A DNA stretch of 36,000 nt, from positions 1-36,000 of the forward strand of contig JBDGTS010000052.1 of NCBI GenBank assembly GCA_042216675.1, read 5' to 3'. This document shows positions 7,330 through 16,745 of this stretch, in pieces; positions within the stretch are counted from its first letter, which is position 1, and the number at the start of each line of letters is the position of its first letter. This DNA is from Halobacteriaceae archaeon. GTDB taxonomy: Archaea; Halobacteriota; Halobacteria; Halobacteriales; Halobacteriaceae. The notes beneath the pieces were generated by a model. The model saw only the letters and a list, made by a program, of their open reading frames with translations. It was not told where the DNA came from and did not search any database. A program made the position numbers and the translations under genes.

Positions 7330-8793
7330 ATGACGCGGAACGTCGCCCTCGTCGTCCTCGACACCGTCCGCAAGGACTACTTCGACGAGTTCGCCCCGCG
7401 TCTCCGCGCCAGGTCGGACTGCTCGTTCGAGCAGTGCCGGGCGGTGAGTTCCTGGAGCGTCCCCAGTCACACCAGCATCTTCACCGGCCGCCTCCCCCAC
7501 CAGCACGGCGTCCACGCGGAGGCGTTCGACGCGTCGTTCGACTTCGGGACGCTCGACGTCGACGACACGTTCTTCGGCGACCTGCCCGACCACACCGCGG
7601 TCGGCCTGAGTGCCAACTCCTACATCAACACGCACTTCGGCGTCGACGCCCTCTTCGAGGCGTTCCACGACTTCTCCATCGGGTCGCACACCGCGGAGTC
7701 GCTGTTCACCGAGGGACTGACCGTCCAGACGTACATGGACGAGACGGACGACCCGCGGGCGTGGCGGCGATACCTCGGGTTCCTCCGGGAATGCCGCGGT
7801 CACGACCACGTCGCCAAGAGCGTCGCCAACGGCGTCTGGGCGAAGGCCGGACCGAAGGTGAAGGCCCTCCCGGTCCCCGTCCCGGAACCGGTCGACGACG
7901 GCGCGGGCGTCATCACGGCGACGGCCGCGGACGCGGCGGCCGACGTCGACGAACCGGCCGTCTTCTTCCTGAACTACATGGACGCTCACACGCCCCTCCG
8001 GAACCTCCTCCAGCACGACCGGAGCATGCACTCGGTCCCGAACTCGTGGAGCTCGACCCAGATAGACAAGTGGGAACTCAACGAGGACGGCCTCGCGACG
8101 GCGGCCTACACGCGGAACTACCGTGACGTCTACGCCGCCGCCGTCGACTACCTCGACCGGACGGCCGTCCGACTGGTCGACGACGTGCAGGCCGCGACCG
8201 ACCGCGAGACGACGTTCGTGGTCGTCTCCGACCACGGCCACAACCTCGGCTACGAGGCCGACGACGGCCTGTTCCACCACACCGGCAGCATGAGCGAGGG
8301 GGTGATGCACACGCCCCTGGAGATCATCAACCCGCCCGACGGCTACCCGGAGACGGAGCCGCGGTTGTTCTCCCACCTCGAGTTGGGCCCGCTCCTGGTC
8401 GCCCTCGCCGAGGAGCGACCGCCCGAAGAGGCGTGGTTCCGCGAGCGCGTGCCCGCGGAGACGGTCGGCCTCCTCGGCGGCGACAACGCGACCTGGGGAC
8501 GGGAGTTCTCGGACGAGCGGTCGGCCTGGTGGAACCGCATGATGCGCGTCGTCTACGAGGGGTCCCGGAAGCGCCAGTGGAACTCGCTGGGCGACGCCGT
8601 CGAGTACCGACTCGACCTCGAGCGCCCCTCGTGGCAGGAGCGAGTCGCGGCCGACGTGGCGGTGTCGGAGGCCGACCGGGCGCCGTTCGACGTGGACCTG
8701 GCGACCTACAAGCGCACCGTCTCCGACGAGACCCAGGACACGGACTTCGACGACGCCGTCGCCGACCAACTCGAACAGCTGGGGTACCTGTAG
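7330..8793 (+). CDS. Sulfatase-like hydrolase/transferase (alkaline phosphatase superfamily)
   Basis: NVALVVLDTVR, SWSVPSHTSIFTG, FFLNYMDAHTP and VVVSDHG motifs, C-terminal QLEQLGYL. Confidence 0.9.
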   Translation: MTRNVALVVLDTVRKDYFDEFAPRLRARSDCSFEQCRAVSSWSVPSHTSIFTGRLPHQHGVHAEAFDASFDFGTLDVDDTFFGDLPDHTAVGLSANSYINTHFGVDALFEAFHDFSIGSHTAESLFTEGLTVQTYMDETDDPRAWRRYLGFLRECRGHDHVAKSVANGVWAKAGPKVKALPVPVPEPVDDGAGVITATAADAAADVDEPAVFFLNYMDAHTPLRNLLQHDRSMHSVPNSWSSTQIDKWELNEDGLATAAYTRNYRDVYAAAVDYLDRTAVRLVDDVQAATDRETTFVVVSDHGHNLGYEADDGLFHHTGSMSEGVMHTPLEIINPPDGYPETEPRLFSHLELGPLLVALAEERPPEEAWFRERVPAETVGLLGGDNATWGREFSDERSAWWNRMMRVVYEGSRKRQWNSLGDAVEYRLDLERPSWQERVAADVAVSEADRAPFDVDLATYKRTVSDETQDTDFDDAVADQLEQLGYL

Positions 8794-10710
8794 ATGGTCG
8801 GGCTCTGCGGCGTCCTCGGGGACGGGGACCTGCCGGACGCGATGGCGTCGTGGACGCAGTGGCGCGACGACGAGACGCGCGTCGCCTGCGCCGACGAGCG
8901 GGTCGAGTTCGTCCTCTCGAATCACGCGTCGCTCGCCGGCGATCAGCCCGCCACGGCCGCCGACGGCGAGGTCCGCGTCTGGGTCTGGGGAGACGTCTAC
9001 GGCCGCGTCACCGGGGACGGCTACGTCCCCCGGGACGGGCCGACCCACGGGAGCGCTCGCTACTGCGCCCGGCAGTACCGCGAGCGCGGCCTGGCGTTCG
9101 TCGAGGAGTTGAACGGCGACTTCCTCCTCGTCGTCCACGACCGGCGGTCACAGCGCCTCGCCTTCGTCACCGACCGCTGGGCGACCCACCCCCTCTACTA
9201 CGCCCGGCCTGACGACGACTCGCTGGTGGTGACCTCGGCGCTCCAGTCGCTCTCCGCCCACCCGTCGGTCGACGTCACGTTCGACCGGGACCTGCTCTAC
9301 GAGTACCTCGCTCTCCGTCGGGTGTTCGGCGTCGAGACGCCGCTCGTCGGGGTCGAGGAGTTCCCGCCCGCGTCGGTCGTCGAGGTGGACCTACACGACC
9401 TCTCGACGGAGGTCACGACGTACTGGCGCCCCCGCTACGACCCCGTTGACAGGCCGTTCTCGCACTTCGTCGACCGCCTCTCGTCGACGCTCCGTGACGT
9501 CTTCGCCGAGTGGACCGACGACGACCGGTCCTACGGCGTCCTGCTGAGCGGCGGTTCGGACTCCCGCCTCGTCCAGGCCGCCATCGACCAGCCGGTCGTC
9601 TCGTTCCACAACGCGGACTGGATGAGCCGGGAGGCGCGGGTCGCCCGGCGCGTCGCGGAGAGGTCCGGGGACGAGTTCCGCCTGTTGACGCGGTACGAGG
9701 ACCACGAGGCGCGGTCGCTGGACGAGACGCCCCGCCTCTCGAGTTTCAGCGGCTGGTTCGACCAGGCGTACTTCACGGCGTTCGAGTCGGACATCGTGGA
9801 GGACGTGGACGTCCTCACCTCGGGACTGTTCGCGGACATGCTGTTCGCCGGCGGACCGCTGGCCACGCGGAGCCTCTCGCTGGGGTCGGTCGGCACCGTC
9901 TCGCTCCCGGCCCGGCGACCGATAGCGAGCGTCGACGACTACGTCTGCGAGAAACTCGAGGAGCGCAGGCCGCTTCCCTACTACGACGCCCCCCGACCGC
10001 TCCGGAAGGTGGTGTCCGACGCCATCACGCGGACCGAGGACGGGATAGCGAGCCACGGCGTCCGCTACGGGTCGCTCACCGACCTCGTGATGTACGGCGA
10101 CTACTACCCGCTGGGAGCGGACACTGAGGCCATCTTCCCGCGGAGCCTCATGCAGATGTGCCCGTACCGGACCCCGTTCCTCGACGCCCGCATCTTCGAC
10201 GTCCATCGCCGGATGCCGCGGCGCTACCTCCTCCGGCGGAACGTCATCGACGCGGCCGTCGAGCGAATCGCCCCGGACCTGGCGGCCATCCCGCACGCCC
10301 GCACCGGCGTCCCGCTGAAGTATCCGTTCCCCGTCGAGTTCCTCGGGACGCAGGTCCACGGATTCTATCGGAAACACGTCGCCCCCGACTCCACGCCGGC
10401 TCCCCACCTCGACCACAAGCCCTGGCCGAACCGCGAGGAACTCCTGCGCGCCCGTCCGTTCGCCGCGGACCGCCTCGGCGCGAAGGAGTCGACGCTGCGC
10501 CGACTCCCGTTCCTCGACGAGTCGGGCGCCTGGAAGACCTACGAGGCCCACGTGGACGGCGCGAACAACACGACGGCCCTCTACTCGCTGCTGACGTTCC
10601 TGGAGATGCCGCTGGTGGCCGACTACGACGGCGATTCGGGCCGGACAGCCACGCCGCAGTTCGGGCCCGCCTCGGACGGCGGCTCCGTCGGCACGACGGA
10701 GGACCCGTGA
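8794..10710 (+). CDS. Asparagine-synthase-related protein (ATP-dependent amide ligase fold)
   Basis: ELNGDF, TDRWATHPLYY, TYW, LLSGGSDSR and RTPFLD motifs. Starts immediately after the sulfatase stop. Confidence 0.88.
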   Translation: MVGLCGVLGDGDLPDAMASWTQWRDDETRVACADERVEFVLSNHASLAGDQPATAADGEVRVWVWGDVYGRVTGDGYVPRDGPTHGSARYCARQYRERGLAFVEELNGDFLLVVHDRRSQRLAFVTDRWATHPLYYARPDDDSLVVTSALQSLSAHPSVDVTFDRDLLYEYLALRRVFGVETPLVGVEEFPPASVVEVDLHDLSTEVTTYWRPRYDPVDRPFSHFVDRLSSTLRDVFAEWTDDDRSYGVLLSGGSDSRLVQAAIDQPVVSFHNADWMSREARVARRVAERSGDEFRLLTRYEDHEARSLDETPRLSSFSGWFDQAYFTAFESDIVEDVDVLTSGLFADMLFAGGPLATRSLSLGSVGTVSLPARRPIASVDDYVCEKLEERRPLPYYDAPRPLRKVVSDAITRTEDGIASHGVRYGSLTDLVMYGDYYPLGADTEAIFPRSLMQMCPYRTPFLDARIFDVHRRMPRRYLLRRNVIDAAVERIAPDLAAIPHARTGVPLKYPFPVEFLGTQVHGFYRKHVAPDSTPAPHLDHKPWPNREELLRARPFAADRLGAKESTLRRLPFLDESGAWKTYEAHVDGANNTTALYSLLTFLEMPLVADYDGDSGRTATPQFGPASDGGSVGTTEDP

Positions 10711-10760
10711 TGAGCGCGACCAGCGACGCGGACGTCCGGAACGAGTACGGGAGGACCTCG

Positions 10761-12422
10761 ATGAACAAGGAACTGTTCGGCGTCTTCGGACCGGCCGACG
10801 CGTTCGACCGCGTCCGCGACCGGGGGGAGTTCGACGCGGTGGTCGAGGGGCCGGCGGTCACCGTCGGCCTCCGGGCCCCGGGCCTCGACGTGCCCGGCCG
10901 GAGTTCGGTGTGGGCCGACCCGGGTCGGGCCTGCGTCCTGTTCGGCGAGGCGGTCCGGCCGTCCGGCCCCGGGGCGCCCGCCCGCCAGGTCCTCGACCGG
11001 TACGGCGAGGTGGGCGTCGACGCGTTCGCAGAACTGAACGGCTCCTACCTCGCCGTCGTCGACGTCGACGGCGCGGCGCGCGTGGTCACCGACCCGATCC
11101 GGTCCTGGGAGTGCTACTACGCGGACGTCGACGGCGTCCGGGTCTTCGGGACGGACGTCTCGGCCGTCCGTGGCCTTCTCGAGAACCCGACCGTCGACCG
11201 GATGGCCGTCCTCGAGATGCTCCACCTCGGAACCGTCCTCGGGGAGGCCACCCTCTTCGAGGAGGTCCGCCGGGTCCCCTTCGACGGCACGCTCACCGCG
11301 TCGGGCGTCGACTCGCTCTCCCGGTTCGTCTACGACCCGCGGGAGTTCGACCACGAGGGCCAACTCGCGGAGCGTCTCTCCCGGGCGATTCGTCGCCGCG
11401 ACCACTACCCGGGACGACACGGCCTCCTACTCTCCGGCGGCCAGGACTCCCGGGTCTTCCTCTCGACGCTGCCCGGCGTCGAGACGACCTACACGATCGG
11501 CCGCCCGGACTCGCGGGAGGTGCGCGTCGCCAGACGAGTCGCCGCCCAGTACGGCGCGGCCCACCGGGCGCTCGAACCCGGGAGTCGGTACCTCTACCCG
11601 AGTGACGAGAAGGTCCTCTACGGACAGGGCGTCAAGGAGGCGCTGCACATCCACCACGCCGGGTACGACGACGAACTCGACGCGGACGTGATGTACCACG
11701 GCCTGCTGTTCGACACCCTGTTCAAGGGCTACTTCCTGGAGCGAGACGGTCTCTCGGTCTTCGGATCCCAGCTCCCCTCGGACTCGCTGGCGTCGGACCC
11801 CGACCCCGTCCCGTCGCTGCTCGACACGCTCGGATTTCTCCCGGACGGGAGCCGACGGCTGGCGGACGCGGTGACGCCCCTCTTCGAGGACGCGGGGGTC
11901 GACGTGGACCTGACGCTCCCCGCGCCCCGGGCGTTCCTCAGAGAGCGGATGGAGGCCGAACTGGAGACGTGCTGGGAGCGGGCCGACTCGGCGCACAACG
12001 CGACGGACCTCCTCGTCATCAAGAACCAGCCCGTGCTGCCGTTCCGGACCCACCTCGCCGACAACTACTTCGAGGCGTTCGTCGCGGCGGACGCGGACCT
12101 CCTCGCCTGGCACCTCGCCACGCCGCCCGCCGAGCGGAACGGCACCACCTTCCGCCGGGCGCTGACCCGTCTCGACGACGACATTCTCCGCTACCGGCCG
12201 CCCAGCCAGCCCCACGCGTCGACCCGCCTCAACCAGCTCGAGCGCTTCGTCCGCCGGAAGGTCCCGTTCGTCGAGCGGTTCGAACCCGCGTGGCCCGACC
12301 GGCAGGACCTCTACGAGGAGACGCGACTGGCCGAGCGGCTCTTCCCGGAACACGGGGCCGTCCACGAGTTGCCCGCGCGCCAGCAACTGCGCGTCAACGA
12401 CGTCAGGTGGTGGCTCTCGTAG
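10761..12422 (+). CDS. Divergent asparagine-synthase-related protein
   Basis: MNKELFGVFG start with GGAGG SD, ELNGSYL, TDPIRSW and LLSGGQDSR. Alternative start at ATG 10710 overlaps the upstream TGA. Confidence 0.8.
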   Translation: MNKELFGVFGPADAFDRVRDRGEFDAVVEGPAVTVGLRAPGLDVPGRSSVWADPGRACVLFGEAVRPSGPGAPARQVLDRYGEVGVDAFAELNGSYLAVVDVDGAARVVTDPIRSWECYYADVDGVRVFGTDVSAVRGLLENPTVDRMAVLEMLHLGTVLGEATLFEEVRRVPFDGTLTASGVDSLSRFVYDPREFDHEGQLAERLSRAIRRRDHYPGRHGLLLSGGQDSRVFLSTLPGVETTYTIGRPDSREVRVARRVAAQYGAAHRALEPGSRYLYPSDEKVLYGQGVKEALHIHHAGYDDELDADVMYHGLLFDTLFKGYFLERDGLSVFGSQLPSDSLASDPDPVPSLLDTLGFLPDGSRRLADAVTPLFEDAGVDVDLTLPAPRAFLRERMEAELETCWERADSAHNATDLLVIKNQPVLPFRTHLADNYFEAFVAADADLLAWHLATPPAERNGTTFRRALTRLDDDILRYRPPSQPHASTRLNQLERFVRRKVPFVERFEPAWPDRQDLYEETRLAERLFPEHGAVHELPARQQLRVNDVRWWLS

Positions 12423-12540
12423 CCGGGCCACCCGGCGTCGGGTCGGTGGCGCGGCCGTCGCGGGGTGGGTCCGCACGCCGTTCCCGTCGCGGCGTCGAGA
12501 ACGAAACTTTAGTCAGGCTGGTTTGTGAACCAACGTCGAG

Positions 12541-14961
12541 ATGAGCGACGACAATGCGGGTTCCGGCACGACCGACGTTGGGGGGTCGGGTGGCGACGTC
12601 GAGACGGAACTCTCGCGGGACATGAGCCTCTTCGACATCACGTTCATCGGCGTCGGGGCGATGATCGGCGCCGGCGTGTTCGCCCTGACCGGGTTCGCGG
12701 CCGGACTGGCGGGCCCGGCCCTCACGCTCGCCTTCCTGCTCAACGGCTTCGTGGCCCTGTTCACGGCCGTCTCCTACGCCGAACTCGGCGCGGCGTTCCC
12801 CGAGGCCGGCGGCGGCTACCTCTGGGTGAAGGAAGCCCTCGTCGACCCCAACGGCTTCTACGCGGGGTGGATGTCCTGGTTCGCCCACGCCGTCGCCTGT
12901 TCGCTGTACGCCGTCACCTTCGGCGTGTTCCTCACCGAGTTCCTCATCTACGGAACGTCGCTCACCCACGAGTTCCTCCTGTTCGGCGTCCTCACGCCCG
13001 GCCTCCTCGAGAAGGTCCTCGCGGTATTGATGGTGGCCCTGTTCGCGTACATCAACTTCCGCGGGGCCGAGGAGACCGGCAAGGCCGGCGTGGTCGTCAC
13101 CGGCATCAAGGTGGTCATCCTCGGCGTCTTCGTCGCCTTCGGCATCCTGGCGACGCTGAACACCCCCCAGTGGCCTCAGAAGTTCCTCGGTCACCCCGGG
13201 TTCGCGCCGAACGGCGTCATCGGCATCATCGGCGCGATGGGGTTCACCTACATCGCGTTCGAGGGCTACGAGATCATCGTCCAGTCGGGCGAAGAGGTCG
13301 TCAATCCCGGCGAGAACGTCCCGAAGGCCGTCTTCTACTCGATGGCCATCGTGGTCCCCATCTACATCCTCGTCGCCTTCGCCGCCATCGGGGGCATCTC
13401 GGTGGTGCCCGAACTCGCGACCCGGGCCGGCGTCGCCGCGGACGCCCCGACCTGGCGCCTGCTCGGCAACCTGGGCGAACTCGGCATCATCGAGGCCGCC
13501 GGCCAGTTCGTCCCCTACGGCGTCCCCCTGCTCCTGTTGGCCGGCCTGACCGCCACGATGAGCGCCCTGAACGCGACCGTCTACTCCTCCTCCCGGGTGT
13601 CCTTCGCGATGGGTCGGGACCGGGCGCTCCCGAAACTGTTCTCCGCCATCCACGACGAGAAGCGCACCCCCCACCTCGCGATATTCCTCTCGGCGATACT
13701 CATCGCCGTCATGGCCATCACCCTGCCCATCGAGGCGGTGGCCGCGTCGGCGGACATCATGTTCATCCTGCTGTTCGTGCAGGTGAACTGGACGGTCATA
13801 AAGATGCGGAAGACCCACCCGGACCTCCCCAGGACGTTCGAGGTGCCGTACATGCCGTGGCCCCCGCTGGTCGGCATCGTCCTCCAGTTCCTGCTCACGC
13901 CGTTCCTCCTCTCCGCGCTCGGCATGCAGGTGGGACTCGGCCCAGAGTCACACGGGTTCATCGCCCTCCTGACCACCGTGGTCTGGATGGGTCTCGGCGT
14001 CGCGGTCTACTACGGCTACTCCGCCCCGCGCGAGGCCGAGAAACTCGAGGAGGAGACTCCGACGGTGGCGACCGAGCGCGCGCCCGCGCCGGAGCGGGCC
14101 GAGGCCGAGGAGCGCATCCTCGTCCCCATCGCCAACCCGGAGAGCGTCGAGCAACTGATGCGGACCGCCTTCGACATCGCGGCCGACCGGAACGCCGAGA
14201 TCGTCGCGATGAGCGTCGTCACCGTGCCCCAGCAGACCCCGCTCTCGGAGGGGCGCCGGTTCGTCTCGCACGAGCGCGAGGTCATCGACGCCGCGCTGGA
14301 CTTCGCCGAGGAGGAACGGCCGGACGTCCCGGTCAGCGGCACGATCCGCATCGGTCACGACGTCGCGAAGGCCATCCTGAACACGGTCGAACAGGCCGAC
14401 GTCGACCTCGTCCTCCTGGGTTGGCGGGGTCGCAGTCGCCGCCGCGACGTCGCCCTCGGAAGCAACGTCGACCAGGTGGTCACCGGAGCCCGGTGTGACG
14501 TCCTCGTCGAGCGGATGGGGCCGGCCGAGAAGGTCGAGTCCATCCTCGTCCCGACGGCTGGCGGCCCCCACGCGGCGTTCGCCGCGGAGATCGCGCGCGC
14601 CATCGCCCTGCCGAACGAGGCCCGCGTCGACGTCCTCCACGTCGCCGACGCCGAGGAGGGCGGCGCGGAGCGCTCCGAGAAGATCCTCGCCCGGACCGTC
14701 GACCTCCTCGACGACGACGTCCAGGTGACCACGCAGTCGGTCGTGAGCGACGACGTGGTCGACGAAATCGTGGAGCGCTCGCGGGACTACGACCTGACGA
14801 TCATCGGGTCCTCGCGTGAGAGTCTGCTGCAGCAACTCGTCTTCGGGGCCATCCCCGAGGCGGTCGGACGGCGGGCGAAGAGCACGGTCATCATGGCAAA
14901 GCGGGACCTGGGCATCACCTCCCGCGTGACCCGGTGGTTCCGGGGCTACCGGCGGCGCTGA
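12541..14961 (+). CDS. APC family amino-acid permease fused to two universal-stress (USP) domains
   Basis: GVGAMIGAGVF, SYAELGAAFPEAGGGY and FEGYE motifs. C-terminal ILVPIANP and ILVPTAGGPH...FGAIPEAV USP domains. Confidence 0.93.
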   Translation: MSDDNAGSGTTDVGGSGGDVETELSRDMSLFDITFIGVGAMIGAGVFALTGFAAGLAGPALTLAFLLNGFVALFTAVSYAELGAAFPEAGGGYLWVKEALVDPNGFYAGWMSWFAHAVACSLYAVTFGVFLTEFLIYGTSLTHEFLLFGVLTPGLLEKVLAVLMVALFAYINFRGAEETGKAGVVVTGIKVVILGVFVAFGILATLNTPQWPQKFLGHPGFAPNGVIGIIGAMGFTYIAFEGYEIIVQSGEEVVNPGENVPKAVFYSMAIVVPIYILVAFAAIGGISVVPELATRAGVAADAPTWRLLGNLGELGIIEAAGQFVPYGVPLLLLAGLTATMSALNATVYSSSRVSFAMGRDRALPKLFSAIHDEKRTPHLAIFLSAILIAVMAITLPIEAVAASADIMFILLFVQVNWTVIKMRKTHPDLPRTFEVPYMPWPPLVGIVLQFLLTPFLLSALGMQVGLGPESHGFIALLTTVVWMGLGVAVYYGYSAPREAEKLEEETPTVATERAPAPERAEAEERILVPIANPESVEQLMRTAFDIAADRNAEIVAMSVVTVPQQTPLSEGRRFVSHEREVIDAALDFAEEERPDVPVSGTIRIGHDVAKAILNTVEQADVDLVLLGWRGRSRRRDVALGSNVDQVVTGARCDVLVERMGPAEKVESILVPTAGGPHAAFAAEIARAIALPNEARVDVLHVADAEEGGAERSEKILARTVDLLDDDVQVTTQSVVSDDVVDEIVERSRDYDLTIIGSSRESLLQQLVFGAIPEAVGRRAKSTVIMAKRDLGITSRVTRWFRGYRRR

Positions 14962-15019
14962 CGGCCGATTCGACGGCTGGACGACAAGGGCTTTCGCCCG
15001 GCGTCGACTACGCTACGAC

Positions 15020-15343
15020 GTGAACGAACCGGTCGACCCCGACGCGATACGGTGGCTGTTGAGTTTCGCCATCTTCCTCGTCGGGGCGGCGCTCAGCGTC
15101 GTGAGCTACTTCGGGTGGCGGCGCGAACGCGACCGGAAACTCGTCCTCGTGACCGTCGCGTACGCGCTGTTCGCCCTGCGGGGCCTCGCGACGGTGACCG
15201 GCGGCGCCGTCGAATCGACCGTCGAACTGCCCGGGATGCATCCGTCGCTGCTCGTCGTCGCCGTCGTGGTGTTCAACCACCTGTCTGCACTGCTCGTCCT
15301 CGTCGGACTGGTTCTCTTCTTCGTCGCGCTCACCCGCTCGTAG
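15020..15343 (+). CDS. Small three-TM membrane protein (DUF7521-like, partner of wHTH regulators)
   Basis: LSVVSYFGWRRERDRKLVLVTVAYALF pattern. Ends 7 bp before the wHTH gene. Confidence 0.7.
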   Translation: MNEPVDPDAIRWLLSFAIFLVGAALSVVSYFGWRRERDRKLVLVTVAYALFALRGLATVTGGAVESTVELPGMHPSLLVVAVVVFNHLSALLVLVGLVLFFVALTRS

Positions 15344-15350
15344 GTGCTCG

Positions 15351-15869
15351 ATGCCCGAGACAGACCTCCAACTGGAGTCCCGTCGAGACATCTACCAGGA
15401 GGTGCGACGGGCGCCGGGCACGCACTTCCGGGGCCTCCTCCGCGAACTCGACTACGCCAAGGGGACCGTCCAGTACCACCTCCGGTGGCTGGTGGCCAGG
15501 GGCCTCGTCGAGTCCGAGTCCGACGGCGAGTACACCCGCTACTACCCGGCCCGGGAGTTCGAACCGGCGGACAAGGCGACGCTCTCGGCCCTCCGGCGGA
15601 CCTACTCGCGCGAGGTGCTCGCCCACCTCGCCGCCGACGGGCCCCTGACGACGACCGACCTCGCCGAGCGACTGGGCAAGTCGGCGTCGACCGTCTCCTG
15701 GCACCTCTCACGGCTGCACGACGCCGGCCTCGTGGCGAAGCGTCGCGACGGGCGGTCCGTCGAGTACACCCTCGCCGACCGGGAGCGGGTCGCCACGCTG
15801 TACGCCACCTACGAGGAGAGCTTCACCGACCGCCTGCTCGACAACCTGGTCGACGTCTGGAACGCCTGA
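15351..15869 (+). CDS. Tandem winged-helix (ArsR-like) transcriptional regulator
   Basis: RRDIY..PGTHFRGL..GTVQYHL and DLAERLGKSASTVSWHLSRL, i.e. two HTH units. Confidence 0.9.
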   Translation: MPETDLQLESRRDIYQEVRRAPGTHFRGLLRELDYAKGTVQYHLRWLVARGLVESESDGEYTRYYPAREFEPADKATLSALRRTYSREVLAHLAADGPLTTTDLAERLGKSASTVSWHLSRLHDAGLVAKRRDGRSVEYTLADRERVATLYATYEESFTDRLLDNLVDVWNA

Positions 15870-15871
15870 CC

Positions 15872-16432
15872 TCAGTCCCGCGTGGCCGACCCGACGTACC
15901 GCCGGAGGGCCGTCCCGAGGCCGTAGAGGAGCGTCACGAGGAGGGCCGCCGCGACGAGGGCCAGCGACCAGAGCGCGAGCCGTTCGGTCAGGCCCACGAG
16001 GTCGGTGCCGACGGCGACGGCGTGGGCGACGCCGACGCCGAACCCCACGTACGCGAGCGCGTGAACCAGCGACGGGTCCGAGAAGCGCCACGGCGCGAGG
16101 AAGCTCGCAACGGCGACGAGGACGGCCACCAGCGAGAGGACGCCGAGCGCGACGCCCGCGGCGAAGAACCACCCGGGGTAGCCGGGGGCCGGGGCGGCCC
16201 CGGCGGCCACCAGCGCCACGTCCGCCGTGCCGACGACGGCGTGCATCGCCGCGACGATGAGCGCGAAGGCCGACAGCTTCAGGTGATACCGGGTCGCGAG
16301 ACGGTGGGCCACCGCGGGTCGGGGGGCCCGGACGAACACGCCGGTCATGACCGCCGCCCACAGCGACGGGAGCGTCACGAGTGCCGTGCCGCGGTCGAGA
16401 TACCAGAGGGACGTGACCGCAAGCCCGGTCAC
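15872..16432 (-). CDS. Ferric-reductase-like (MsrQ-like) heme-b transmembrane protein
   Basis: WYLDRGT N-terminus and four spaced His in TM helices (RYHLK, AMHAV, LVHALAY, VAHAVAVGTD). No FAD/NAD domain. Confidence 0.75.
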   Translation of the reverse strand: MTGLAVTSLWYLDRGTALVTLPSLWAAVMTGVFVRAPRPAVAHRLATRYHLKLSAFALIVAAMHAVVGTADVALVAAGAAPAPGYPGWFFAAGVALGVLSLVAVLVAVASFLAPWRFSDPSLVHALAYVGFGVGVAHAVAVGTDLVGLTERLALWSLALVAAALLVTLLYGLGTALRRYVGSATRD

Positions 16433-16433
16433 G

Positions 16434-16745
16434 TCAGGACGCCCCCGTCCGCTCGACGACGGTCACGTGGCGGGCCCCGGTTCGCGAGCGCCCGTCGGCG
16501 TCGCCGTCGTCGTCCCCGGTCCCCGAGTCGGCGTCGCGGTGTGCCGTCGTCGTCCGGGCGGCGTCCCGGTCGGCCGCTCGCTCGCGCCCCGCGCTCGAGG
16601 GCCCGCTCGCGTGCTGGCCGTCCGTGACGACGTGTGCGGGGGTCGTGGCGGCGCGGAACGCCGCGACGTTCGTCACGAGGGCCATCGACGCCGCGACGAC
16701 GAGGACGGCCGCCAGCGCCCGGAGCAGGTCACGCGACGTGCGCAT
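16434..16745 (-). CDS. Small membrane-anchored/secreted protein ending in RTGAS (candidate ApbE flavinylation substrate)
   Basis: N-terminal hydrophobic helix, low-complexity linker and a C-terminal [S/T]GA[S/T] match. Overlaps the end of apbE. Confidence 0.65.
   Translation of the reverse strand: MRTSRDLLRALAAVLVVAASMALVTNVAAFRAATTPAHVVTDGQHASGPSSAGRERAADRDAARTTTAHRDADSGTGDDDGDADGRSRTGARHVTVVERTGAS

Noticed and set aside
10158-10760. Long N-terminal extension of the second AsnB-like ORF
   Set aside because: Mostly an off-frame overlap with the first AsnB-like gene. The real start is 10710 or 10761.
7211-12422. Lasso-peptide cluster (AsnB-like proteins as cyclases)
   Set aside because: No PqqD/RRE, no B2 protease, and no precursor with a YxxPxL leader and Gly/Asp/Glu core was seen in the window.
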